DNA from: Nitrososphaeraceae archaeon
Lineage (GTDB): Archaea > Thermoproteota > Nitrososphaeria > Nitrososphaerales > Nitrososphaeraceae
Length of the DNA stretch: 64,000 nt
Direction of reading: 5' to 3'
NCBI GenBank assembly: GCA_025923455.1
Contig: JAICFW010000105.1
Span: 458 to 64,457, forward strand
Positions 9,967-20,057 of the stretch are shown here, piece after piece. Within the stretch, counting starts at the first letter, position 1. Each line of letters starts with the position of its first letter. A model generated the notes under the pieces. It was not told where the DNA came from, made no database searches, and saw nothing but the letters and a program-made list of their open reading frames with translations. The position numbers and the translations under genes are program-made.

Positions 9967-10723
9967 CTCAAACATTGTATTAGGACAGCTCTATGCGTTA
10001 TGGCTTAGAGAAATTAAGGTGTTCCTACGTGAAAGAAGTAGACTTGTAGCATCTACTTTCACCCCACTATTATGGTTGAGCGTCATAGGTTCTGGACTAG
10101 GGTCAACGAATCTGCAAATAGGAACAGATTACGAAAAATTCATTTTTCCAGGTATCATCTGTATGTCGGTAATTTTTACATCTGTTTTTTTCGGCTCATA
10201 TATCATTTGGGACAGAAAATTTGATTTTCTTAAAAGTGTAATGGTTGCACCGTCCAGTAGAACTACAGTGTTTGTTGGTAAGACTCTTGGTGGAATGACA
10301 ACTTCGCTTTTTCAGGTCGCTATCGTACTTGTTCTCGGTATTGCTTTGGGGATAAATTATGACGCACTATCATTACTCCAAATATTGTCAATTGTCCTGA
10401 TTCTTTCATTTTGTCTAACGTCGTTGGGACTAACATTTGGAAGCTATATTGAGAGCTTGGAAGGATTTCAATTGATTATTAGTTTTGTAGTATTCCCATT
10501 GTTTTTCCTAAGTGGGGCGCTTTTCCCAATTGACAATTTACCTGCTTGGTTAAAGTTAATCACTCTTATTGACCCTGCCACATATTCAGTAGATGCATTA
10601 AGAAATAGTATATTAAATTTAGGAACGTACTCTTTCGAATACGACCTTGCAGTACTACTATTGTTTACTTTCATCATTACTATAATAGGGATCTTGTCAT
10701 TTAGGCGAATGAAGGCTGTTTAG
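9944..10723 (+). CDS. ABC-2 type transporter permease
   Basis: About 6 transmembrane segments. WDRKFDFL..VAP and PLFFLSGALFP motifs. Overlaps the ATPase gene. Confidence 0.93.
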   Translation: MLSTKNLSSNIVLGQLYALWLREIKVFLRERSRLVASTFTPLLWLSVIGSGLGSTNLQIGTDYEKFIFPGIICMSVIFTSVFFGSYIIWDRKFDFLKSVMVAPSSRTTVFVGKTLGGMTTSLFQVAIVLVLGIALGINYDALSLLQILSIVLILSFCLTSLGLTFGSYIESLEGFQLIISFVVFPLFFLSGALFPIDNLPAWLKLITLIDPATYSVDALRNSILNLGTYSFEYDLAVLLLFTFIITIIGILSFRRMKAV

Positions 10724-10872
10724 CATTGATATAGTAAAAGAATCGATTTGCTCCACTATGAATTACAGTAGGACGTAAATTTTTAATTAATTCTAGAAAT
10801 AATCAAGATTCAAACAAATATGATACCTACCTACGATGAGTAATAATTCTATCTTGTATCGAATTGCTATTA

Positions 10873-11079
10873 TCAGATCTCTTCGTCCAGATCTTCAAAT
10901 GCTCTTGCCTTTGAAATCTCATGTAGTCTCATAAATGTCAGTCTCTCAAATTCCCCATTATTCAAAATCCCCTTATTCTCTAGTAATTCTACTAGAGTAG
11001 TAATCTTGATATTTAATTCGTCCTGCAATGATAATTCCTTACCTGTTATTTTTCTTTTTGAAGACTGTTTCTTCCTCAT
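10873..11079 (-). CDS. Small conserved hypothetical protein
   Basis: ORF 10873..11163. The likelier start is the ATG at 11079 (MRKKQSSK...LVELLENKGIL). Confidence 0.6.
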   Translation of the reverse strand: MRKKQSSKRKITGKELSLQDELNIKITTLVELLENKGILNNGEFERLTFMRLHEISKARAFEDLDEEI

Positions 11080-11210
11080 GCCAAAATAATTATAGAAATA
11101 ACATGATATTAGTGTAGTTCTTTCTAAATTTCTTTTTATTAGTTCAGAAACAGCCATATACAAAAATAATAATTCCGAACGAAGTTGACCCAGTTGATCA
11201 TTTCTGAAAG

Positions 11211-11579
11211 CTAGCTGTGGTCTACGTAATACTTGAATCTTTTTTCCACTTCCTTGTTCTTCCCTGACAATATCTCGTTGGCTTTGTCTTTTACTCCTCT
11301 TTTCACATGATCTAACAAATCATCCGAATTAGGATAATCCTGATAACCAGTTGACAGAGCATTTTCAAACAAGTTCATGAACTCAATTACCTTGAGTCTG
11401 TATTCATCTCGTGTCGGCGACTTGTTTCCTGTAACTTTGAACCAAGTCGTTGCACTCGGTGCGGCAAATGTTCGAGCCAATTCATCTAATACTCTATCCA
11501 TTTCAAAAAAATCCACTACATTTTCACCATGTCTTTGTAAATCCACCAAAGCGTTGAAGATAATGATTTCCAATCCCAA
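11211..11579 (-). CDS. Conserved hypothetical protein
   Basis: 122-aa helical ORF (start may be internal). Divergent from the membrane protein gene at 11620. Confidence 0.65.
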   Translation of the reverse strand: MGLEIIIFNALVDLQRHGENVVDFFEMDRVLDELARTFAAPSATTWFKVTGNKSPTRDEYRLKVIEFMNLFENALSTGYQDYPNSDDLLDHVKRGVKDKANEILSGKNKEVEKRFKYYVDHS

Positions 11580-11619
11580 TCCTTCGTTTGGTGTGATAAG
11601 AATAAATTTGTCTAAGGGT

Positions 11620-12759
11620 ATGGATAATTATATTTTGAACTTCAAAGGAGAATTGTCGCCGTCACTTTCCTCATCATCTACATTGCTCTGGATCTATTTT
11701 CTGGTTGCATTAGGAGTAGCTCTTCAAGTCGCAGCTGCTAATTGGGATATCATATGGCATGGTGTTGTAAATGTTGAATCATTTTTTACTCCACCACATA
11801 CAGTGTTGTACTCTGGAGTAGGTTTATCACTGATCGCTACTGTTGCAGGGATAGTAATTTCAATAAAACAAAAATGCTCCTTAAAGAACTCCTTTGCAAT
11901 ATTTCATAAAATTCCAAATCCATTAAAACTAATTGCCTTGGGATGTCTTGTGGAATTGTTCTCCGGCCAATTTGATAATTGGTGGCATACAAATTTTGGG
12001 TTTGATGGACTACTTAGTCCTCCACATCTCATGTTGATAAGCGGAATGTTGCTTTCTATAGTAGGTGCATTAATTGGAACCCATTTATTTGAATCCAGCA
12101 GAAAATTTAGGATAATATCTGAAATGATTTGTTATGGAATTCTGTGGTTGATTTCTATTAATTTTGTTTTCATGTTTACGCTTCCATTTTCGGAAGGTCA
12201 GTACTTTGATTTCAATCCTTCTCCAACTACTGCACTAATACTTGGATCTACTCTTCCTCCGATTTTCACTGCAATAATTTTTTATTCACTTCAAAATCTC
12301 AAATTTCCCTTCCGAATGACGGTCGTTACAGCTACTTTGATGGCCATACAATCATCTGCAACTATCACCTCAAATAATTATTTCATGGGTTTGTTGCCTC
12401 TTTATCTTCTAAACATACTCATACCTATAACATTGGATGTTATTTCCATATTTACACAAAGTAACTATAAAGTGGCAGTAAAATCTAAAGATCACAAACG
12501 CATTATTTTCTCCATTGCCATTTCATTCTTCTTTGTTACTTTTTATTTCCCATGGTCGGTGAATATGTTCAAATCATTTTTTGGGATAGATCTAGTAACT
12601 TTTGAAAGTGTATTGATATTTGAACAACTTTTGTGGAAATTCATTATACCAATCTTAATGCCTGTTTCATTCATCTCAGCATTTTTGGGGATATTACTTT
12701 GGAAAAAATTGTATGAACGCTCCAAATTGTCTAATATATTCAAAGTTGTTGTTGAATAA
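11620..12759 (+). CDS. Polytopic membrane protein with two AmoC/PmoC-like D-x3-H-x12-H motifs
   Basis: The ORF-track start at 11377 overlaps the opposite gene, so the ATG at 11620 is likelier (379 aa). WDIIWH..ESFFTPPH and FDNWWH..DGLLSPPH motifs, with about 10 hydrophobic segments. Confidence 0.8.
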   Translation: MDNYILNFKGELSPSLSSSSTLLWIYFLVALGVALQVAAANWDIIWHGVVNVESFFTPPHTVLYSGVGLSLIATVAGIVISIKQKCSLKNSFAIFHKIPNPLKLIALGCLVELFSGQFDNWWHTNFGFDGLLSPPHLMLISGMLLSIVGALIGTHLFESSRKFRIISEMICYGILWLISINFVFMFTLPFSEGQYFDFNPSPTTALILGSTLPPIFTAIIFYSLQNLKFPFRMTVVTATLMAIQSSATITSNNYFMGLLPLYLLNILIPITLDVISIFTQSNYKVAVKSKDHKRIIFSIAISFFFVTFYFPWSVNMFKSFFGIDLVTFESVLIFEQLLWKFIIPILMPVSFISAFLGILLWKKLYERSKLSNIFKVVVE

Positions 12760-13079
12760 TCATCACAAATTCTTGGCTTCAATCACTCCAAATACTCTCT
12801 GATTAGTTTTTGAATTTTGAACCAAAATTTAGAACTATTCTTTTTCATTTGAAAATTCTGCGAAAACACTTACACGGTTGGGTATTTTTATGACGAAAAT
12901 ACTGAAATGTCTGATGGTTAGGTTGCAAACTAATCTGAATAATTGCCAGCAAACTAAAAATAACCTGGCAATAATCCATCTTAATAAAATACTGTATTAA
13001 TGATATAGTATTTGGATAATAATGGGTTTCAAAATAGTTAACCTTAATAATCTTGTTTAATCAATTATTATATTGCAGC

Positions 13080-13382
13080 ATGGACAATAAAGAATTTCTT
13101 GCATTCCAATTAATGTGGATCGTAATCTCAATTGGTATTAGCGTTACAGTATCATTATTCGTTCCATTTCCGTATTCATGGGTAATAATTATCGGCATAT
13201 TTCTTCTCATGGGCTTTTACATGCGAAATAGGATGGCGAAGAACGCCGGAGCAGGTATGTTTGGTTCACTGTCCTCTCCTTTCTCTGGGAATTCAGTTAA
13301 CTATTACTGCATGAGCTGTGGCACAAAACATAGAGAAGCCTCATGTCCAAGATGTGGCTCAAAGATGAAAAGAGTCGGATAG
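13080..13382 (+). CDS. Small membrane protein with a C-terminal zinc ribbon
   Basis: Two TM segments followed by CMSCG..CPRCG. The ATG at 13080 is in frame with ORF 13053. Confidence 0.75.
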   Translation: MDNKEFLAFQLMWIVISIGISVTVSLFVPFPYSWVIIIGIFLLMGFYMRNRMAKNAGAGMFGSLSSPFSGNSVNYYCMSCGTKHREASCPRCGSKMKRVG

Positions 13383-13465
13383 GCTAGACTTCTAAATTTT
13401 AATGTTTTCTAAAAACAAGAATAGTAAACTCAATCCGTCTAGATAAAACTCCAGTGGGTTTGAAA

Positions 13466-14413
13466 TTAGATAAATTCACTAATCCTGTATTGCTTTGTGG
13501 ATATCGCATATTCTGACTTCAAGTTAGAAATATATTCTATTAGTTTATCAAAACCAAATTCAATGTTCTTTCTTGAAAGTTCGTATTTAAGACAATTAAT
13601 TACATTGTCACTATAGGCTGTATTTGCACTCAGATTGTTGTCGTTCATTAATGGCTCTTGGAACCCAAATATTTTTTCATACTCTTCAATACTCCAAGAT
13701 ATTCCCAATAGTTCGAGGATTTCCCTAATTCTTATCCAAATATCTCTCCTCAGTCTCAGGATTGATCCGGAAATGTATCTTATGCCGAATTGATGACACA
13801 AATCAACGACTGATAGTATGTGTTCCTCACTATCAGTAACAAATGGGATAATGGGGTCAATGTTTACACAACATTTAATTCCAGAATCGAGAAATTTATT
13901 TATCGTTTCAAAAACCCTTGATGTTGGCGGCGTTCCTGGTTCTATGATTCGCTTTACTTTTTCATCTATGGTTGTTATTGACCAAACTACAAAACAATTA
14001 GTGTTATAATTGCGAAACAGGTTCAGATCACGTTCAATAAGGCATGACTTGGTGAATACGTAAAATGGAATTTGAAACTGTTGTAACACTTGAATACATT
14101 TTTTTGTAATACCAAACTTTGCTTCTGCATATTGATAAGCATCAGTTGCAGAGGATATCATAACAGGTAACATTGAAATATTCTTCCATTTGTTCAATTC
14201 TGATTCTAAAATTTCAGGGGCATTAATTTTACCATAGATCTTGTCATAAAAATCTGGTGACCACTTATAGGTTGCGTAACAATACCCACATCTGTGATGA
14301 CAGCCTTGATAAGGGTTTATAGTCATTCCTATATGCGATCCTACCTTGAAATATCGCAGAATTGATTTAGAATATTTTCTCTCAATAGTAGGGGCTTTAT
14401 CAGAATACCACAA
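13466..14413 (-). CDS. Radical SAM protein, SplB/Rv2578c-like (putative DNA repair)
   Basis: INPYQGCHHRCGYCYA (CxxxCxxC), SSATDAYQ, FTKS and EPGTPP motifs. Confidence 0.88.
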   Translation of the reverse strand: MWYSDKAPTIERKYSKSILRYFKVGSHIGMTINPYQGCHHRCGYCYATYKWSPDFYDKIYGKINAPEILESELNKWKNISMLPVMISSATDAYQYAEAKFGITKKCIQVLQQFQIPFYVFTKSCLIERDLNLFRNYNTNCFVVWSITTIDEKVKRIIEPGTPPTSRVFETINKFLDSGIKCCVNIDPIIPFVTDSEEHILSVVDLCHQFGIRYISGSILRLRRDIWIRIREILELLGISWSIEEYEKIFGFQEPLMNDNNLSANTAYSDNVINCLKYELSRKNIEFGFDKLIEYISNLKSEYAISTKQYRISEFI

Positions 14414-14489
14414 CGATACTTTGAATGTAGGAGTCCTAATTAGGATTGGATTACCATTAGATAAGGGGGAGGGTACACAGTCCTAATTT

Positions 14490-14864
14490 CTATGATTCAT
14501 CTAATCTTCTAACTAAGGTGTTATCTGCCCGATTGATGATTGTTTGAATGAAATTGAAAACTGGTTTTACCTCTGAGAGAGGACCGCTTATTTCAAATCT
14601 TATCCCGCCTTGGATTCTAATTTTAGAAGTTTTGAAGAAAATGCCTTCTTCATTGTATTCTATGCCATAAATGCTTTCTAACCTCTCGCTTATCACATCA
14701 GGTGATTTAAAAATACGACCTCTTTCGGAATATAGTAGTACCCTGAAATTGGTAATTATGATATTATATTTTTTTTCCGTACACTTTAGTTTTGTCTTTG
14801 TCCTGAACATTATGTTCTCCTGGGGGAGTAATATTTCCTTAAGTGCCAAGAACACAATATGCAT
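14490..14864 (-). CDS. Hypothetical protein, possible bacterial-type PH domain
   Basis: IIITNFRVLLY...IYGIEY..GIF pattern typical of bPH domains. Confidence 0.55.
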   Translation of the reverse strand: MHIVFLALKEILLPQENIMFRTKTKLKCTEKKYNIIITNFRVLLYSERGRIFKSPDVISERLESIYGIEYNEEGIFFKTSKIRIQGGIRFEISGPLSEVKPVFNFIQTIINRADNTLVRRLDES

Positions 14865-15442
14865 AACAATGGGTTATATTCATAAAAGTTGAATGATTTT
14901 ATTTAATATACTAACAAATATGAATGATCTTAAATACTGTTAAAATGTTTCATAACAAGTATCCATTTGAATCCCAATCACATGGCATAGATTTTTCATT
15001 TAGAGATAAACATGGATATTAACTTTATAATTTCAACAAATTGATCAAGTCGGCACAAAGCAGATGAGGTGATGATTCACATATGATATTTGACTGCATA
15101 AATTCTTGAAATCACTGCTAATAATTTAGGCTTGCATAAAAAGAATAGACCACATGCTTGAAGCAGTTAAATCACTAGAGCAACTGTTTTGAGGCAGTTC
15201 CTAGCATAAGTTGAAAATTTTAATTTTTCTGATTCTTTTTGTTACGTGAAATCTTCAAGTTTTGAATGACTTTTTCAGAAGATTCTAGGGTTTTTATTTG
15301 ATTCAAAGCTAGTGTGGTTGAAAGAGAATGATAGGCCCATGCAGTTAAAATTCCAAAGCAGTCAATAGAAGAATCTTAGATCGTGACATATCGATAATAT
15401 TCCCATCAACATTTAAATCTCAACCTTCTCTATCTTTTCTAT

Positions 15443-15763
15443 ATGGATGGTATCAATAATGCTATCTTGCAGGTTCCAGTTGGATATGAAGTTCTGATCA
15501 TTATTGTTATCATCGTGGTATTGTTCTTTGGTGTCAAGAAAATACCTGAGTTGGCCAGATCATTTGGAAAGGCAACGGCAGAGTATGAAAAGGCAAGGAT
15601 TGAAGCCAAAAAGGAGCTCGCGCAGATTAAAGGCAATGATAAGATAGGCCGTGAAAAACTTGAAGAGATAGCCGAAACTCTAGGAATAGACTATACTAAC
15701 AAGAATGATGATGAGCTTAAGAGGGCCATAGAAGGGGCCGTGAATAAGGAAAAAAGTAATTAA
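15443..15763 (+). CDS. tatA: Twin-arginine translocase TatA/TatE family subunit
   Basis: One TM helix ending in FFG, followed by KKIPELARSFGKA.EY.KA amphipathic helix. Confidence 0.92.
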   Translation: MDGINNAILQVPVGYEVLIIIVIIVVLFFGVKKIPELARSFGKATAEYEKARIEAKKELAQIKGNDKIGREKLEEIAETLGIDYTNKNDDELKRAIEGAVNKEKSN

Positions 15764-15857
15764 TTTGTAAACATACAGAATAGAAATTCACTTAAACTAA
15801 CAAACTATTCCATTTGGAAAATTTTATTTATAACAGATTTCTTCTGCATGGGTAAAT

Positions 15858-16955
15858 ATGATAGATGTTGATACAATATCTGAGATTGTGGGAAAATATG
15901 ATCTAGAGAATATACACTTGGCAGTCATTGGTAGTCATTCCGCATTGGAGATAATGGATGGAGCAAAGGACGAGGGGATGAAAACTGTATGTATTTGTCA
16001 AAAAGGAAGAGAATTACCATATTTGAGATTTAAGCGATTGGTAGATGAAATAATTTTAGTAGATAAATTCTCAGACCTACTTTTTAAAGAGAATCAAGAG
16101 AAACTTAAAGAAATTAGTAGTATTGTTGTACCCCATCGGGCATTCACTGCATATGTAGGGTACGATTCAATAGAGAACGAATTAAAATTACCAATACTTG
16201 GAAATAGGAGCCTTTTTCGTGCCGAGGAAAGGGGTGCCGACAGAAATCAGTATTATTTGTTGGAACGCGCGCAAATAAACCATCCTAAGATTTACAAAAA
16301 ATATTCAGATATAGACGGATTAGCAATAGTTAAAATTCAAGAATCTAAAAGAAAGCTTGAACGAGCATTTTTCATAGTCAGCTCAGCACAGGATTATGTC
16401 GTAAAATCGCAAAACAAGATAAAAGAGAAAATGATTACAATGGAAAATCTTGATTCATCTGTAATTGAACAATTCGTTGTAGGAACATATTTTAATTTTA
16501 ATTTTTTCTCATCGCCCTTGACACCTGAAACTGAATTCTTGGGTATTGAAAGAAGACTTCAGACTAATCTCAATGATCTAAATGGGCTGCCCGCAAGAGA
16601 TCAATTGGAGTTTGAAACAGAGGTGAGACATATAGAAATAGGCCATACTCCTGCAAGCATTAGGGAGTCGATGCTTCAAAAAGTATTTGAACTCGGCGAT
16701 AAATTTACTAATGCGGTACGAAAAGAATATCCACCCGGTCTAATTGGACCCTTTTCTCTACAGAGCATTATCACACCAGATTTGGAAATAATTGTTTATG
16801 ACGTATCTCTTAGAGTTCCTGGAAATCCTATCATGGCTACAACCTCTCCATATACAAAATATTCCTATGGCCAAACATTTGGTATTGGCCGGAGGATTGC
16901 AATGGAGGTCAAGAAGGCGATAGCATCAAACAAACTATCTGCAATAGCTACTTGA
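15858..16955 (+). CDS. purP: PurP family ATP-grasp formate ligase (FAICAR synthetase-like), paralog 1
   Basis: IGSHSALEI.DGAKDEG, FNFNFFSSP and GHTPASIRES motifs. DUF1246/DUF1297 architecture. Confidence 0.9.
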   Translation: MIDVDTISEIVGKYDLENIHLAVIGSHSALEIMDGAKDEGMKTVCICQKGRELPYLRFKRLVDEIILVDKFSDLLFKENQEKLKEISSIVVPHRAFTAYVGYDSIENELKLPILGNRSLFRAEERGADRNQYYLLERAQINHPKIYKKYSDIDGLAIVKIQESKRKLERAFFIVSSAQDYVVKSQNKIKEKMITMENLDSSVIEQFVVGTYFNFNFFSSPLTPETEFLGIERRLQTNLNDLNGLPARDQLEFETEVRHIEIGHTPASIRESMLQKVFELGDKFTNAVRKEYPPGLIGPFSLQSIITPDLEIIVYDVSLRVPGNPIMATTSPYTKYSYGQTFGIGRRIAMEVKKAIASNKLSAIAT

Positions 16956-16963
16956 CTAATTAA

Positions 16964-17389
16964 CTATTGCTCAATTGTTTCCTCAAATAGATTTTTCCTT
17001 ACCTTTATGGGAACATCAAAAAATGCGGCTAAGGCTATAGAATCAGAAGCACGATAATTTCTTAAAGTGATTATTTCCTTGCGAGTCTTGAAATAAAGAT
17101 TAGACCTCAATACAGGACCGTTTCTATATATTCTGACTTCTACTAAAAGTAAATCCTGCAATGCAGAAATTTCTTCAATAAGATTATAGATTGTAGGTAT
17201 GGTGTTCTTATCGCCTTCTCTGAATCTTAAAATATGTCTAGCTACCTCCCCAGAAAATGCGCGAATCGGAAATTCTCTTCCATCGTCGGATTTTAATGTA
17301 AGTAACCCTTCTAGACCAAGTTTATCAACGAAACCAACAAAGCTTATGGAAGCTGTAACAAACCCTTCGCCTGTGAAAGTTTCGTCCAT
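16964..17389 (-). CDS. Bifunctional nuclease (DUF151) family protein
   Basis: REFPIRAF, PTIYNL and RASDSIALA motifs. Confidence 0.8.
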   Translation of the reverse strand: MDETFTGEGFVTASISFVGFVDKLGLEGLLTLKSDDGREFPIRAFSGEVARHILRFREGDKNTIPTIYNLIEEISALQDLLLVEVRIYRNGPVLRSNLYFKTRKEIITLRNYRASDSIALAAFFDVPIKVRKNLFEETIEQ

Positions 17390-17498
17390 ATTTTTTTTTA
17401 AACGTCGATAAATTTAGACTTTTTCCAATAGATGACAGAGATATCTGAATTAGCTTAATATAGATTGGACTGTTTTCCATAAATAACCTAACTTTTGG

Positions 17499-18329
17499 TT
17501 GTTGGCAATGTTGGAGAATCATGATTCGCTGAAAAATAGGGGCATACGTATTATTTGCATTGGCATCTTTTCATTAATTTTCTCTCTCTCAATCTATTCA
17601 TTATTAAGTTCCAATCAATCTCAGTCAGACATTGCCAAATTGTATAACTTAGCGACAGCCGTCATCATTCTAATTATGGTTTCATTGATTGCAATTGGTT
17701 ATGGGTCTTATCTGATCCTCCGGTCTGAAGCTTCAAGACCTGAGCCCAAAAAAAGTCATCTTGGATATGTATCTCGGATTTTGACCCAAAAGACCTATTG
17801 GAAAATATTTGTTGTTTCATCCATTGCCTATGGCATCTTTTTTGCATTCCTATCTCAGATTTTCATCTATCATAATGATGTTGAGGGTGTTACCGCACCT
17901 TCTCTGTATCTGACATTGTGTTGCAATTACCCTGGATATGTTCCCATGATCACAGCTGAAGTAACAGAGCTATTTTCAATTTTAATAGTTCCAATAAATT
18001 TAATACTTGCAATTATAGTCTCGATCTTAGTTGGTTTTAATCTTGCACTAAATGTGCATTTCTTGAGATTGTTTAGAAATCAATCTCAAAGAAGATTTCC
18101 AATTGCTTCAACTTTTGGAGTTTTCAGTGGTCTATTCATTGGTTGTCCTACTTGTGCAGGAAGCTTATTTACTGTGATTGTTGGCTTCGGCGCTAGCACT
18201 GTATTGTCGGCTTTAGCTCCTCTTCAGAGCTTGTTTATTGCAATAAGCATTCCAATTTTGGTTGTAATACCACTGTTGATAATACGCGAGATGAAGAAGA
18301 ATGAAACCTGTGATATGATTGACAATTAG
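17499..18329 (+). CDS. Conserved membrane protein with CC and CPTC motifs
   Basis: About 6 TM segments. LTLCCNYPG and FIGCPTCAG. Confidence 0.75.
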   Translation: MLAMLENHDSLKNRGIRIICIGIFSLIFSLSIYSLLSSNQSQSDIAKLYNLATAVIILIMVSLIAIGYGSYLILRSEASRPEPKKSHLGYVSRILTQKTYWKIFVVSSIAYGIFFAFLSQIFIYHNDVEGVTAPSLYLTLCCNYPGYVPMITAEVTELFSILIVPINLILAIIVSILVGFNLALNVHFLRLFRNQSQRRFPIASTFGVFSGLFIGCPTCAGSLFTVIVGFGASTVLSALAPLQSLFIAISIPILVVIPLLIIREMKKNETCDMIDN

Positions 18330-18394
18330 TCGGATTCTGCTATTTTTGGAACCTATAATCTCGTGGCATTATTACAGAATGTCCCGACAGATTA

Positions 18395-19585
18395 TTATTC
18401 AAAAATAGTAAGACTGTTTGTTTGTTCCTTTAGAATTTTTTCAAATTTCAAAATATCAATGTCTATGAAAGGTCTCATTTTTGGTAATTGTGGTGGTTCT
18501 TTTACCTTGTCTAAAATTCCTCTTGAAACAAGCTCGGCCTTTAATTTTTCTCGCAATTCCGGATGACACAACTTGCTATGAAAAATACTTCCCCACCCTT
18601 GAGAGAACATCTCTTTTATGTGTAAATCCCCCTTCTCTTCATGGAAATGTGGATTACGTGTTTCAATTTGCATTACCTCTACTCCTTTCTCCATAGTATC
18701 CTTATGTTCTGGTGGAGTAATTCCGCCAAATTGCTCCAATAAATTAACTATTTCATAAGGTTCGATAGAAAAACCAGATGAGTAGGTTAATAATTCAGCT
18801 AATTGAACAGACATGCAATGTTCTCCAGAATTCCCCGTTCTAATGACTTCTGTTTCAAATCCAGTATAATACGATATCATTAAATTCAAAAATTGATTTG
18901 TCATCTCTGAAACTCTACCCAATTTGGAAAATCGTACTCCTGATTCTGAAATTTTCGGTTTGTAGATCCAAGACACACGCACCATAGTATAGGGCGTAGA
19001 CGATAATGCAATTCCTGATGAGAATATTTTTGTGTATTCGTTAACTGCACCTGGAACATAATTATCTGAATCAACGAATCCAACGTATTTTTTTCCCATC
19101 ATTTTCGAAAGCAACATGCCAATGAACATTCCCTCGCCTTTCCCATTACGTATTTTTCCTTCTGAATCAAAAAGATCCGGATAATCAACTGCTTCTAGCG
19201 CTTTTGCAAGACCCGGATCCTTCTGATGAATGATTACTGATTTTTTTTCAGTGAATCTATTAAATTGTTCAAATGCCTGTTTTTCCAATTTATATCTATC
19301 AATTGGTTCTCTAGGGCTGTTTGATACAATTATCGTCAAACAATCATGTGGAATACCACTCAATACTCCTTCTAAAAGCTTTAAACGTTCTCCTTTTATA
19401 GGAATCACAATTGCCATTTCGGCTTCTATCTTGGAAATTATTTCGTCATCAATTGAACGAATAACCTCAGATTCAGTTTTTGTGTTTTTGTTCTTGTGTC
19501 CAGAATCCAGTTCATACACACGTTGCACTCCATGTAGACTTACTGATCCAAATCTTTCTGTAAATCTCGGGACATCAAGTTTCAT
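18395..19585 (-). CDS. mpgS: Mannosyl-3-phosphoglycerate synthase
   Basis: VIPIKGE.LKLLEGVLSGIPHDC, IHQKDP, RNGKGEGM, GFVDSDNY, GNSGEH and ETRNPHFHE motifs. Confidence 0.93.
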   Translation of the reverse strand: MKLDVPRFTERFGSVSLHGVQRVYELDSGHKNKNTKTESEVIRSIDDEIISKIEAEMAIVIPIKGERLKLLEGVLSGIPHDCLTIIVSNSPREPIDRYKLEKQAFEQFNRFTEKKSVIIHQKDPGLAKALEAVDYPDLFDSEGKIRNGKGEGMFIGMLLSKMMGKKYVGFVDSDNYVPGAVNEYTKIFSSGIALSSTPYTMVRVSWIYKPKISESGVRFSKLGRVSEMTNQFLNLMISYYTGFETEVIRTGNSGEHCMSVQLAELLTYSSGFSIEPYEIVNLLEQFGGITPPEHKDTMEKGVEVMQIETRNPHFHEEKGDLHIKEMFSQGWGSIFHSKLCHPELREKLKAELVSRGILDKVKEPPQLPKMRPFIDIDILKFEKILKEQTNSLTIFE

Positions 19586-20057
19586 ATCTTTAATTCAGTT
19601 ATGCCATATTTATTGCAAGTGTATATAAATCAATAATTATTTTTATCTTACACCAAAATCATGCTTTTCAGTAGCAGGCATTCGTATTGCCTAGATCGTC
19701 TGAGAATCCAAAAGTAACGATCATCTTTGATGTAAAGTACCATTTATTCAATGTATAAAAGATGATTTCAATAGTGTATTACTTCTAAATGTTATAGAAC
19801 CCATTCATGGGTGTTAATGTTTCAAAATGTCGAGAGACCATCCTCACATGTCATCGATGGAACTCACATGTAAATATAGAAATTGGTTATTCATTCTTCT
19901 TTTCGATTCAAACCTATTATTAAATGATACAGAATTGATACTAGGGTACCTTACACTGGTAAACTGAAATATTCATTAAAATTGGTTTTATCCAATTGGA
20001 TTAATTAGATTAATTCTACAGTACAATGGTAATGCGCTATCATGATATATTGTAGGC

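Noticed and set aside
11377-11619. N-terminal 81 codons of ORF 11377..12759
   Set aside because: Overlaps the opposite-strand gene 11211..11579. The ATG at 11620 gives a clean divergent arrangement.
12942-12972. ATTGCCAG/CTGGCAAT inverted repeat
   Set aside because: A single 8-bp repeat with a 15-nt spacer and no second copy. Too weak to call an operator or MITE.
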